Shown: positions 8,857-17,074 of the stretch, piece after piece
Layout of the letters: each line of letters starts with the position of its first letter
Numbering within the stretch: position 1 is the stretch's first letter
Assembly (NCBI GenBank): GCA_964484155.1
Contig: CAZAEY010000006.1
Coordinates: forward strand, 1-50,314
Length of the DNA: 50,314 nt
Direction: 5' to 3'
Origin: an uncultured Acidobacteriota bacterium
GTDB taxonomy: Bacteria; Acidobacteriota; UBA6911; RPQK01; JAPXNP01
Position numbers and translations under genes: made by a program
Notes under the pieces: generated by a model
The model's database searches: none
Told to the model about the DNA's origin: nothing
The model's input: the letters and a program-made list of their open reading frames with translations, nothing else

Positions 8857-10077
8857 CTACAGCGGCACATCGTTGATGCTGAAAATCGAGTACAGCATGG
8901 AAACGACCATAGCGCCGATGACAAGTCCCATAAACAGAATCATCAATGGCTCGAACATGGCGACCAGCCGCTTGATGGAATTTCGGATCTCCCGGTCGTA
9001 GGTGTCCGCCACCTGCAACAACATGTCGTCCAGCCGCCCGGTTTCCTCTCCGACTTCCAGCAGGTGCACGGCAAAGGGGGGGAAAACGCGGGATTCGGCA
9101 ACGGGTCGCGCCAGTCCATCTCCTTTTTTGACCCCCTTCTTGATTTCGTCAAGAGCCGTTGCGATCACCCGATTATTGACGATCTCCCGAACGATATTGA
9201 TGGAGTGAATCAGAGGAACCGCGCTCTTCAAAAGGGTGCCCAGAGTTCGGCTGAAGCGACTGACCTCAAGCTTTCGAATCAACGGCCCGAGCATGGGAAT
9301 TCGGAGCTTTCGTTCATCCCACACGAGTCGGCCCTTTTCTGTTTTCAACTGGCGGGCCAGAAAATACCCGCCTGCCAGGGCCAAACCGACCGCAAGCCAC
9401 CAGTAACCGGTCAAAACCGCGCTGGCCAACAGCATGACCTGCATAGGGAAGGGAACGGGAGCGCCGGCGTTTTCAAAAATGGCGGCGAACTTGGGAATGA
9501 CGAATGTCACCATGATGATAATCGAGGCGCCGCCGACCACTGTGAGGATGGCGGGGTAGATCAAGGCAGAGGTGAAATAGTTCCGAAGCTCCTCGGAGCT
9601 TTCCAGATACTCGACCAACCGCTGAAGGATGGAATTCAGAGAACCGCTGGCTTCTCCGGCCCGGACCATGTTGACATAAAGCTTGGGGAAAACGTGCGGG
9701 TAGGCGGCCAGGCCTTCCGAAAGGGACTTTCCGGCCTTGATTTCCCGTAGGAGTTCGCCCACGATTTCCGCCAGATATTCATTTTCCGCAAGGTTGGACA
9801 GGATGGTCAGACTGCGATCCAGAGGAAGACCCGCTTGAACCAGCGTTGCGAGCTCTTGGGTGAAGACCAGGAGATCTTGACGCGGCACCCGCTTGCGCTG
9901 CCAGGGAAGCTGAAATTCGCGACTCAGGATCCCTTCGTCGGCTTCGGAAGAAACTTTGATTGGAAGCTGGCCCAGTTCCTGAATGCGAATCAGCGCCGAA
10001 CCGTGATCCGCAGCTTCCAGAGTTCCTTCGATCACCTTTCCTTCCGGCGATACTGCCTTGTACTCAAAAAACGGCAT
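8857..10077 (-). CDS. gspF: T2SS inner-membrane platform protein GspF
   Basis: MPFFEYKAVSPEGKVIEGTLEA start, and duplicated GspF domains with TM helices. ATG 10077 is preceded by GAGGGTGGGG. The track ORF begins at a TTG at 10104 that overlaps the gspE stop. Confidence 0.93.
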   Translation of the reverse strand: MPFFEYKAVSPEGKVIEGTLEAADHGSALIRIQELGQLPIKVSSEADEGILSREFQLPWQRKRVPRQDLLVFTQELATLVQAGLPLDRSLTILSNLAENEYLAEIVGELLREIKAGKSLSEGLAAYPHVFPKLYVNMVRAGEASGSLNSILQRLVEYLESSEELRNYFTSALIYPAILTVVGGASIIIMVTFVIPKFAAIFENAGAPVPFPMQVMLLASAVLTGYWWLAVGLALAGGYFLARQLKTEKGRLVWDERKLRIPMLGPLIRKLEVSRFSRTLGTLLKSAVPLIHSINIVREIVNNRVIATALDEIKKGVKKGDGLARPVAESRVFPPFAVHLLEVGEETGRLDDMLLQVADTYDREIRNSIKRLVAMFEPLMILFMGLVIGAMVVSMLYSIFSINDVPL

Positions 10078-10100
10078 TTCCCCACCCTCGTCTTCGTCGC

Positions 10101-11819
10101 TCAAGCATCCTGCGTCACCCGCAGGACCTCGCCTAAGGCGGTCAGACCGTTTTGAACCTTTTCAAATCCATCCTGCCTGAGCGTGACCATTCCGTTCTGA
10201 ATAGCGGTCTTGCGCAGTTGCGACGCATCGGCGCTCGTGATGGTCAATCGTCGGATGTCCTCGTCAACCAGCATGAGTTCGAAGATCCCGAGGCGCCCCC
10301 GGAATCCGGTTTCACCGCACTCCCTGCAGCCTGCGCCCTTGTAAACCGTCTGATGTCGGTCCATCGGGTATCCCGCTTCCCGCAGATATTCAGGATCCAC
10401 GTTCTCTTCCGTCCGGCAGTGCGGGCAAATCACGCGAACCAGGCGCTGAGCCAGCACTCCCAGGATGGAAGAGGCAAGCAGGTAGTCTTCGCACCCCATG
10501 TCCACCAGGCGCGCGATGGCGCTGGGGGCGTCGTTGGTGTGCAGGGTGCTGAAGACCAAATGTCCGGTCAGGGCCGCCCGAATTCCGATTTCGGCGGTTT
10601 CCAGATCTCTCATTTCGCCGACCATGATCACGTCCGGATCCTGTCGCACAATGCTGCGCAGTCCAGCAGCAAAGGTCAGCCCGATTTGCGGGTTGACGTG
10701 GATCTGATTTATTCCGTTGATCTGGTATTCGACCGGGTCCTCAATCGTGATGATCTTGCGGTCCGGCAGATTGATCTTGGTCAGCGCGCCGTATAGTGTC
10801 GTCGTCTTTCCGCTGCCGGTCGGACCGGTCACCAGGATGATTCCATGGGGTCTTCGGATCAGATCTTCAAAAGCTTCAAACATGGCCGGAGCGAACCCCA
10901 ACTTCTCCAGGTCGTAGATCTGAGTGTTGCTTTTGTCGAGAATTCTCATGACCACGCTTTCGCCATACATGGTCGGAAGCGTGGAAACGCGCAAGTCGAT
11001 TTCCCTCCCCAGAACCTTCATCTTGATCCGTCCGTCCTGAGGAATTCGACGCTCCGCGATGTTGAGCCGAGCCATGATCTTGATTCTAGAAATGACGGCG
11101 GCCTTCAGGCGCTTAGGCGGGGATTCCACATCGTAAAGTACGCCGTCGATCCGATAGCGCACCTTAAGGTCCCGCTCGAACGGCTCGATGTGGATGTCCG
11201 AAGCTCGCGCCTCTACGGCCCTTGAAATGATCAGGTTGACGAGTCGAATAACAGGCGCTTCCGACGCCAGGTCCTTCAAATGCTCGATGTCGTCGGTTTC
11301 GTCTCCGAAGGCGTCCATCTCGCCCTCTTCGATCCCCTCCACGATGCGGCCCAGGCTGGACGCCTGGTTCCCGTAAAACCTTTCAATCAGATCCAGAATT
11401 TCGCTTTCCGGCGCCAGGACGATTTCCAAATCTCGATAACTCGTATACAGGCGAATCGAGTTGAGAGTCGCCTGGTCCAGCGGATCGGCCATCGCCAGCA
11501 TCAATTTCCCTTCGCCGGCCTGCTTGATGGGAACAAACCGGCATTCCCTCATGAATTTAACGGAGAAGGTGTTCTCAACGACCGGGACGCTGGGGAAATC
11601 CTCGGAGGTGACAAAGGGAATTTCGAGATGGTCGCTAAGGTGGCGGATCATGTCCGATTCGGACATGGCGCCGATGTCGATGAGCAGCTTCCCGAGGCGC
11701 TCATTGGACTGCTTCTGCAGATTCCGGGCGGTCGCCAGTTCTTCAGAGGACACGACCCCCTTTTCCAAAAGCGTCTCGCCAAAACCTTTTCGAACTCGAA
11801 GCTCGGACAGTTTGACCAT
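10101..11819 (-). CDS. gspE: T2SS ATPase GspE (572 aa)
   Basis: N-terminal T2SSE_N-like domain. Walker A GPTGSGKTTT. Walker B and His box (LVFSTLHTNDA). Tetracysteine motif CPHC...CRECGETGFRGR. Confidence 0.95.
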   Translation of the reverse strand: MVKLSELRVRKGFGETLLEKGVVSSEELATARNLQKQSNERLGKLLIDIGAMSESDMIRHLSDHLEIPFVTSEDFPSVPVVENTFSVKFMRECRFVPIKQAGEGKLMLAMADPLDQATLNSIRLYTSYRDLEIVLAPESEILDLIERFYGNQASSLGRIVEGIEEGEMDAFGDETDDIEHLKDLASEAPVIRLVNLIISRAVEARASDIHIEPFERDLKVRYRIDGVLYDVESPPKRLKAAVISRIKIMARLNIAERRIPQDGRIKMKVLGREIDLRVSTLPTMYGESVVMRILDKSNTQIYDLEKLGFAPAMFEAFEDLIRRPHGIILVTGPTGSGKTTTLYGALTKINLPDRKIITIEDPVEYQINGINQIHVNPQIGLTFAAGLRSIVRQDPDVIMVGEMRDLETAEIGIRAALTGHLVFSTLHTNDAPSAIARLVDMGCEDYLLASSILGVLAQRLVRVICPHCRTEENVDPEYLREAGYPMDRHQTVYKGAGCRECGETGFRGRLGIFELMLVDEDIRRLTITSADASQLRKTAIQNGMVTLRQDGFEKVQNGLTALGEVLRVTQDA

Positions 11820-11827
11820 TTTGGTTT

Positions 11828-12373
11828 CTAGTACTCGGCGATCATGACCCTCTCTCGAAAAGTTTCGAAAGGGATCCTCTTCATATTGTAAAGATCGATA
11901 TTGTCCTTGGTAACTGTAAATACCATAACCGTCTGATTTCTGGCCGGATCCAGTTCATATCGATCTTCCACATGTGCGGAAATCGAGATCTTGTCGTGTC
12001 CGCTGATCTGCTTGATTGCGTTTCCATAATCGGCCAGCACCCTGATCATCGAATCCTTTACGGTCTGCAACTGTTCGCTTTTGGAGCGCGAGGAGCCTCC
12101 GGTGGGATCGTCGACCTCACCGAACGGCGTCCGGATTTTCAACCGATTGATTCTCAGATGAAAGGAGACGCTGACTCCGTATCCTTGCAGATACGCCGCC
12201 AATGGACCTGCTTGTATGGCGAACGGGTGGGTGAAGTTCTGCTTCAGGACCTCGGCCACGATGTTCTCGAAAATCTGCGTGTCCCTTTTCAGCATTTCCA
12301 GGTTCAGATTCTGCTGGCCGATCGCCGTACCCGTTCCCAGAAGAAATACGACAAAGCTCAGTCTCATCCACAT
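11828..12373 (-). CDS. Hypothetical secreted protein (181 aa), no recognised domain
   Basis: Signal-peptide-like N-terminus MWMRLSFVVFLLGTGTAIGQQ. Lies 10 nt after the anti-sigma stop and 8 nt before the gspE start. Two hand-counted 120-nt windows (11821-12060) give about 40% and 49% GC, versus about 55% in adjacent gspE. Confidence 0.6.
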   Translation of the reverse strand: MWMRLSFVVFLLGTGTAIGQQNLNLEMLKRDTQIFENIVAEVLKQNFTHPFAIQAGPLAAYLQGYGVSVSFHLRINRLKIRTPFGEVDDPTGGSSRSKSEQLQTVKDSMIRVLADYGNAIKQISGHDKISISAHVEDRYELDPARNQTVMVFTVTKDNIDLYNMKRIPFETFRERVMIAEY

Positions 12374-12383
12374 AGTGACTCCT

Positions 12384-12956
12384 TCAGCGCCCGGTAAGCA
12401 GGGTCTGGACCTGGCGATTGTTCTCTTCGAGGGCGTTGACGAATCTCGACTCCAGATCGTTCAACTCCTCGTAGGCGACCTGCATTTCCACCCGTCGTCG
12501 AGCCTCCAGCTCTTCTTTGACCTCCAGAAGCGCAGTGCCGATGATTCTCCAGTCCTGCTCCTGGCGGGCCAAAATCATATCGTGGACCATCTCCGTCAAC
12601 TGGCGTTCGTTTACAACCACGCGCCGATCCGGGAGGATGCCCGACATCTGCAGCACGGAAACGGCGCCCAGGAGAATGAGAATTCCGGCTGCGATCCTTT
12701 GAAACACGGAAAACCATCCGATTCCGGCCTTCCGTCCGGGTCTTACGAAGGGCTGACTGTCCAGCTCAATTGCGCTTCCATCCTCTTCGATCTTCCACTC
12801 GGCCAAAATCTCGCGGGTTTCCAGAACTTCCCGATACTCCGCTCTGCAGTCGCTGCAATCGTCCATATGGCGAAAGAATTGAAAGCAGGTCATAGCGTTC
12901 AGCTCCTCGCCATACAGGACGTCCATCATGCGTTCACTGCATTGCTCACAGCTCAT
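12384..12956 (-). CDS. Anti-sigma factor, zf-HC2 (ZAS) type, single-pass membrane protein (190 aa)
   Basis: N-terminal MSCEQCSERMMDVLYGEEL...FRHMDDCSDCRAEY (H-x3-C-x2-C). TM helix FQRIAAGILILLGAVSVLQM. Coiled-coil periplasmic tail. ATGA overlap with the sigma gene. Confidence 0.8.
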   Translation of the reverse strand: MSCEQCSERMMDVLYGEELNAMTCFQFFRHMDDCSDCRAEYREVLETREILAEWKIEEDGSAIELDSQPFVRPGRKAGIGWFSVFQRIAAGILILLGAVSVLQMSGILPDRRVVVNERQLTEMVHDMILARQEQDWRIIGTALLEVKEELEARRRVEMQVAYEELNDLESRFVNALEENNRQVQTLLTGR

Positions 12957-13507
12957 AACTTTTCCTCCATCAGCCTCCTGATCGTTTTCAGACCCAGATA
13001 CATGCGCGATTTTGCCGTCGAAAGCGGAATCCCGAGAATTTCGGAAATCTCATGAAACTTCAACCCTTGATACTCCTTCATGATGATCACCAGCTTCTGC
13101 TCCTCCGGAAGGAGCCCTATGACTTCCCGCAACAGGCTGATCTGCTCGCGATTCTCCAAGGTCGTCGCGGGAGTTCGAAGATCCCGTTCCGCCTTCTGCA
13201 GTTCCTCGCGATTTTGCTCCCATGACACTTTGGGGAATCGACTTTCCCGCCGAAATCGCATCCTGCATTCGTTCAATGCGATCTTGTAGAGCCAAGATGA
13301 AAAACGGGCGCGATCCGAAAGTTTTCCCAGATTGCGAAATGCCTTTGTGAACGTGTCCTGGGTTAAGTCCTTGGCCTCTTCCCGATTCCCCACATAACGG
13401 TAAATAAACCCAAAAATCCTTCGTTCCCAACGTTCAATCAGTTCTCCGAAACAGGCGGCATCACCCTGCGCTGCGAGCTCAAGCAGATGCTCGTCCGTCC
13501 GATCCAT
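12953..13507 (-). CDS. ECF-type RNA polymerase sigma-70 family factor
   Basis: Region 2 (IFGFIYRYVGNREEAKDLTQDTFTKAF) and region 4 HTH (LPEEQKLVIIMKEYQGLKFHEISEILGIPLSTAKSRMYLGL). I chose ATG 13507 (MDRTDEHLLELAAQGD), preceded by GGAAGAGGGGAGAGG. The track ORF extends to 13591. Confidence 0.9.
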   Translation of the reverse strand: MDRTDEHLLELAAQGDAACFGELIERWERRIFGFIYRYVGNREEAKDLTQDTFTKAFRNLGKLSDRARFSSWLYKIALNECRMRFRRESRFPKVSWEQNREELQKAERDLRTPATTLENREQISLLREVIGLLPEEQKLVIIMKEYQGLKFHEISEILGIPLSTAKSRMYLGLKTIRRLMEEKL

Positions 13508-13875
13508 CCTCTCCCCTCTTCCTTGCAAGATGCTCTGGCGTTTAAAAAAGTCTAATGGGACCTGCCGTTGCGGCGACTCATTTGGTCGCAACCTTCATGA
13601 GAATCATCCACCCGGTTGGATAACTTGTCTTCAAATCGGATCCCGCGAAGGCTCTCGATGATTCGCACAAACCTCCGAAATCCCGGACGCTCGGCAAATA
13701 TCGGACCCTGCGGCGCACTGGCACGTTCTGTGCATACTCGACTGGACATTGCCGCCGACCCGGGTGGGAAATTCATAAGAAAGGAGTTCTTCGCGAAAAG
13801 AACCCTGAGGATGAAAAGAGGCACCCACCCGGGGCGGCCCTAACGGTTTCGGGTCTCTGACCCATTGTAACACCG

Positions 13876-14019
13876 GGTCAGACAGGTCGGACGAGTCGGA
13901 CAGGTCGGACAGGTCGGACAGGTCGGACAGGTCAGACAGGTCAGACGGGTCGGACAGGTCGGACGAGTCAGACAGGTCGGACGAGTCAGACAGGTCGGAC
14001 GAGTCAGACAGGTCAGACG
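13876..14019. repeat. 16 tandem copies of a 9-bp unit, consensus GGTCGGACA (RGTCRGACR)
   Basis: Read directly: ggtcagaca ggtcggacg agtcggaca ggtcggaca x3 ggtcagaca ggtcagacg ggtcggaca ggtcggacg agtcagaca ggtcggacg agtcagaca ggtcggacg agtcagaca ggtcagacg. All variation is A/G transitions at unit positions 1, 5 and 9. Each unit carries the GTC-N-GAC mini-palindrome. Confidence 0.95.
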
Positions 14020-14023
14020 CAGA

Positions 14024-14908
14024 TTATTCGTCGTCTCCGAAAAAGCGGAAGGGATTCAGCGCCTGGTTGTTCAGGCGGACTTCATAGTGCAGATGAGGAC
14101 CCGTGGCGCGACCTGTGGAGCCCACGTAACCGATGATGTCGCCTTTTCGAACTCTCTGCCCAGCCTCCACCGCAAATCCGTCCAGATGGCCGTATCGTGT
14201 GGAAATACCGAATTTGTGCTCGATCGTCACGAGCTTCCCATAACCGAGTCTTCGACCTGAGAAGACGACCAGTCCATCTGCGGTGGCTACCACCCTGGCG
14301 CCCCTCGGCGCTGAGATGTCGATTCCGGGGTGGAAGCTCTTGGCTCCATGAAACGGATCAGCGCGCACTCCGAAACGTGCTGAAGGATACCCGCGCACCG
14401 GACGAATGGAAGGGGTCGCGGCCTGCAGGATTTCCCGGGTCATGTAGTAATCCTGCAGTTGGCGCAACTCGGCGTCCAGTGAAATCCGCTTGCGATCTAA
14501 CGACTGAAAGTGCCTGAGGATATCCCTTTCACTCAATCCCAGAATCGGGTCCGCAGCATCCACGGGACCTCCGACTCCACCCATGGCGTCGGGATCCATC
14601 CCGGACAGAATCCTCAGTTTTTGCGCGGTGATCTGAAGGGCTGCGATCTGATCGGAAAGCTGCCTGGCCGCCAGTTGCGACTTGTCATTGTGACGACGCA
14701 ACTCGTCGCTCTGGCGCTGCAGCCGTGCGAAATCAGCGCTCTGCCGCCACATTTGATAGTAATTGACCGAGCTGAAAACAAGCAGCGTCATCCCGGTGAA
14801 CAGGACGACGAAAATCCCCACCAAGAATCGGGTTGATAAGCTGAATGTCCGGCCTCGCCTGTCCCGGGCGCTGGCTACGGTTACGGTGAATTCTGAACGT
14901 TCGGCCAC
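14024..14908 (-). CDS. M23 family metallopeptidase with N-terminal TM helix and coiled-coil (EnvC/NlpD-like), 294 aa
   Basis: HPGIDISAPRGARVVATADGLVVF...GYGKLVTIEHKFGISTRYGHLDGFAVEAGQRVRKGDIIGYVGSTGRATGPHLHYEVR (HxxxD and HxH motifs). GTG start at 14908. Confidence 0.92.
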   Translation of the reverse strand: MAERSEFTVTVASARDRRGRTFSLSTRFLVGIFVVLFTGMTLLVFSSVNYYQMWRQSADFARLQRQSDELRRHNDKSQLAARQLSDQIAALQITAQKLRILSGMDPDAMGGVGGPVDAADPILGLSERDILRHFQSLDRKRISLDAELRQLQDYYMTREILQAATPSIRPVRGYPSARFGVRADPFHGAKSFHPGIDISAPRGARVVATADGLVVFSGRRLGYGKLVTIEHKFGISTRYGHLDGFAVEAGQRVRKGDIIGYVGSTGRATGPHLHYEVRLNNQALNPFRFFGDDE

Positions 14909-15006
14909 GAAATGCCTTTACCGCCTGATCCGAAATCTCATTTTTAGTGAATGCGCCTGATCAATTTTGGCATGCTCCCCCCCGGAGAAGCCCTTCGACC
15001 CCGCCT

Positions 15007-15035
15007 AGTATAGGCAGACGAAAAGCCGAAGTCAA
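15007..15035 (-). promoter_or_regulatory. Candidate sigma-70 promoter for the M23 peptidase gene
   Basis: On the minus strand: TTGACT (15035-15030), 17-nt spacer, TATACT (15012-15007). Lies about 90-100 nt upstream of the GTG at 14908, just downstream of the tmRNA 3' end. Confidence 0.45.
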
Positions 15036-15060
15036 CACTTGGAGGGTTGCCTGGCGGCAT

Positions 15061-15423
15061 TGGTGGAGGCGGTGGGAATCGAACCCACGTCCGAAAACCT
15101 TCACCAGAGGACTCTACATGCTTGTCCGGCTTTCATTTTTTCCTTTCGGCAGGCAATCGAAACCGGCAAAGCGGCCTGCCTAAGGTCCCTCAGAAAGTTT
15201 CTTGACGAACCCCTGAAGGAATCGAGTCCGCCAAAAATCCCGCTGTTTGTGACGCCTTCTCCCGTCCCGCGGGCCGAACAGGGAAGCCGGCTGCGCGTTT
15301 AATTACGCAGCAAGTGCGAATTCATCATTGGCACTTATTGTTTTTTGACGATTTTTTACGAGGATCGACGCCTCGGCATGCATCCGTCTGGATCAATCGC
15401 TTCCGTCGAAGCCAATCGCCCCC
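15061..15423 (-). ncRNA. ssrA: tmRNA (transfer-messenger RNA, SsrA), 363 nt
   Basis: Minus strand starts GGGGGCGATTGGCTTCGACGG and ends GGACGTGGGTTCGATTCCCACCGCCTCCACCA (tRNA-Ala-like acceptor and T-arm). Internal tag frame GCC AAT GAT GAA TTC GCA CTT GCT GCG TAA encodes ANDEFALAA-stop at 15332-15303. Confidence 0.95.
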
Positions 15424-15502
15424 GAAAGACTGCAACTAACAATGATGCCTGAATTGGCATCCGGGTTGCAAGAAATCAAATCCGGCTCCGCGTCGCCGGA
15501 AT

Positions 15503-16243
15503 TCACTCGGGGGAGCGAAACGCAGGCGGCTTCTGCGCCGTGCATCGGTAACAAAGGGTGAACTCCTGATTTCGATCCAGGGCATCCAGGTAAAAGCAGG
15601 CGATCGGCGCCAGAAAGCAGCATGCGGCCACAGTTGCCGCTTCCAAGGGCAGGAGCAGCGCCCTGAGCAATCCTTTCCGATGGAAGAACAGGACCTTTGG
15701 GATAAAGGTCAGCCGATGGCCCAGATAGTGAAAGTATCCGCCCATGGGTTGAATCGCGCACTGCTGGAAACCGGCCTCTGTCAACAGCATTTCCAGGGAA
15801 TAGCGGGTAAACCGGAAAAAATCGTGCGGCTGTTGGTGTTCATGCCAACCTTGCGGCGCCGACAGGTAAAGCATTCCACCCGGCTTCAATACGCGGAAGA
15901 GCTGCCTGACGACGGTCGCCGGGTCGGGAACATGCTCCAGCACCTGGGTATTGACGACGGCGCCGAAGCTGTTGTCTCTAAACGGAAGCTGCTCCAGCTT
16001 TGCGAGCAGATCGATCTTCGAAAAATCCCAGCTGGAGTCGCCGACGCCCAGATCGCAGGCGAAATAAGGCTGTTGAAAAAGCCTCCGAAATCGGGCTTCT
16101 CCCGCCCCAGCGTCCAGCACAGGCAAGGCTCGACTTTCTGCGGCTTCCCTAACCAACTGGAGAACCGCTTCATCCAGAGGAAAGATCCGGCGCCGAAGCC
16201 CGTGCGGCAGCCTATTGAAAACGGTACGGTATAAATTCTCCAT
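15503..16243 (-). CDS. Class I SAM-dependent methyltransferase (Methyltransf_11-like), 246 aa
   Basis: Motif I VLDAGAGEARF. Post-I CDLG. FGAVVNTQVLEHVPDP. LKPGGMLYLSAP. Confidence 0.8.
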   Translation of the reverse strand: MENLYRTVFNRLPHGLRRRIFPLDEAVLQLVREAAESRALPVLDAGAGEARFRRLFQQPYFACDLGVGDSSWDFSKIDLLAKLEQLPFRDNSFGAVVNTQVLEHVPDPATVVRQLFRVLKPGGMLYLSAPQGWHEHQQPHDFFRFTRYSLEMLLTEAGFQQCAIQPMGGYFHYLGHRLTFIPKVLFFHRKGLLRALLLPLEAATVAACCFLAPIACFYLDALDRNQEFTLCYRCTAQKPPAFRSPE

Positions 16244-16447
16244 GATTCGTCAACGTTCGAGCCAAGGGTCTCGATGATAGTGGACCGATGAAATGTGGAG
16301 CAAGTTTCGGCCGGATGATCGATTTGCAGCCACTATCAGTCTGGGGCGAAAGTCGCGGTGGGTCGCGTTGCGGGCGCCCCGCCCCGGAAATGACTCCTTC
16401 GTTGCATCCGGAAAGGGTTCAAGGCACAATGACGATCGGTCTTCGCC

Positions 16448-17074
16448 ATGCTGAAAGTAGGACTCACGGGCGGCATCGCTTGCGGAAAAAGTTATACGTT
16501 GCGAGCTTTGAAAAGGCTGGGGGCCGAGACGATTGATTCTGACCTGCTGGCCCGTCACGTGGTTGAGCCTGGCCTTCCGGCGTACGAGCAGATCGTTCAG
16601 GAGTTCGGACGCGAAGTTCTGAAGGCCAGTGGCGAACTGAACCGCAAGCGGCTGGGCGAGATTATTTTCACCAATTCGGAGTCCCGGCGGCGGCTCAACG
16701 AGATCGTACACCCGTACATTTTGGCCGAAGAAGAAAAACGGCTTGCCGCCCTAGAGAGGGATGACCATTCGCCAAAAGCGCCGATGGTGGTTGTGGATGC
16801 GGCGCTGATGATCGAAACCGGATCCTACAGGAAGTATGATTTTCTGATTGTCGTCTATTGTCATCCGGGAATTCAGCTGCGGCGTCTGATGGCCAGAGAC
16901 CAGATTTCCGAGGAAGGTGCGCTTCTAAAGATCGCCACGCAGCTTCCGGTCATCGAAAAAATCCAGTATGCCGACTTCATAGTGGAGACGTCGGGCAAGA
17001 TGTCGGACACCGACGAGCAGGTCTGCCAGGTTTTCAAGGAATTGATGATCCGTTACGAGGAGATGGTCAGTTAA
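16448..17074 (+). CDS. coaE: Dephospho-CoA kinase
   Basis: MLKVGLTGGIACGKSY P-loop at the N-terminus. Size 208 aa. HPYI and VVVDAALMIETG segments are typical of CoaE. Confidence 0.93.
   Translation: MLKVGLTGGIACGKSYTLRALKRLGAETIDSDLLARHVVEPGLPAYEQIVQEFGREVLKASGELNRKRLGEIIFTNSESRRRLNEIVHPYILAEEEKRLAALERDDHSPKAPMVVVDAALMIETGSYRKYDFLIVVYCHPGIQLRRLMARDQISEEGALLKIATQLPVIEKIQYADFIVETSGKMSDTDEQVCQVFKELMIRYEEMVS

Noticed and set aside
206-11819. Interpreting the cluster as a type IV pilus system because of the PilM/N/O/P-like components.
   Set aside because: The major pilin carries the full GspG signature (…PKDPWGRDYQY…GADG…DI.SW), and a GspK-type minor pseudopilin and the H-I-J-K set are present. 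No PilT-like retraction ATPase or PilA-like pilin is present.
13876-14019. The 9-bp array as a CRISPR array or as a CsrB/RsmZ-like GGA-rich sponge RNA.
   Set aside because: It is not a CRISPR array: the units are contiguous with no spacers, and 9 bp is far too short. The sponge-RNA idea also fails. Only 9 of 16 units contain GGA, and the context (CGGACAGG) does not match the A(N)GGA loop consensus well. No plus-strand promoter or terminator is evident, and the array abuts an antisense coding gene.
13592-15423. tmRNA 3' end as a genomic-island integration site, with the downstream M23/repeat/ECF-T2SS block as an island.
   Set aside because: No integrase, recombinase or transposase ORF is present. 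I could not find a direct repeat of the ssrA 3' end (GGGTTCGATTCCCAC...) elsewhere by eye. The T2SS block shows no obvious compositional break apart from one gene. A proper repeat search was not possible here.
14947-15761. Track ORFs 14947-15183, 15039-15302 (+) and 15393-15761 (-) around the tmRNA.
   Set aside because: They overlie the ssrA gene, whose 5' end, tag reading frame and tRNA-like 3' end are all recognisable. No protein motifs were seen.
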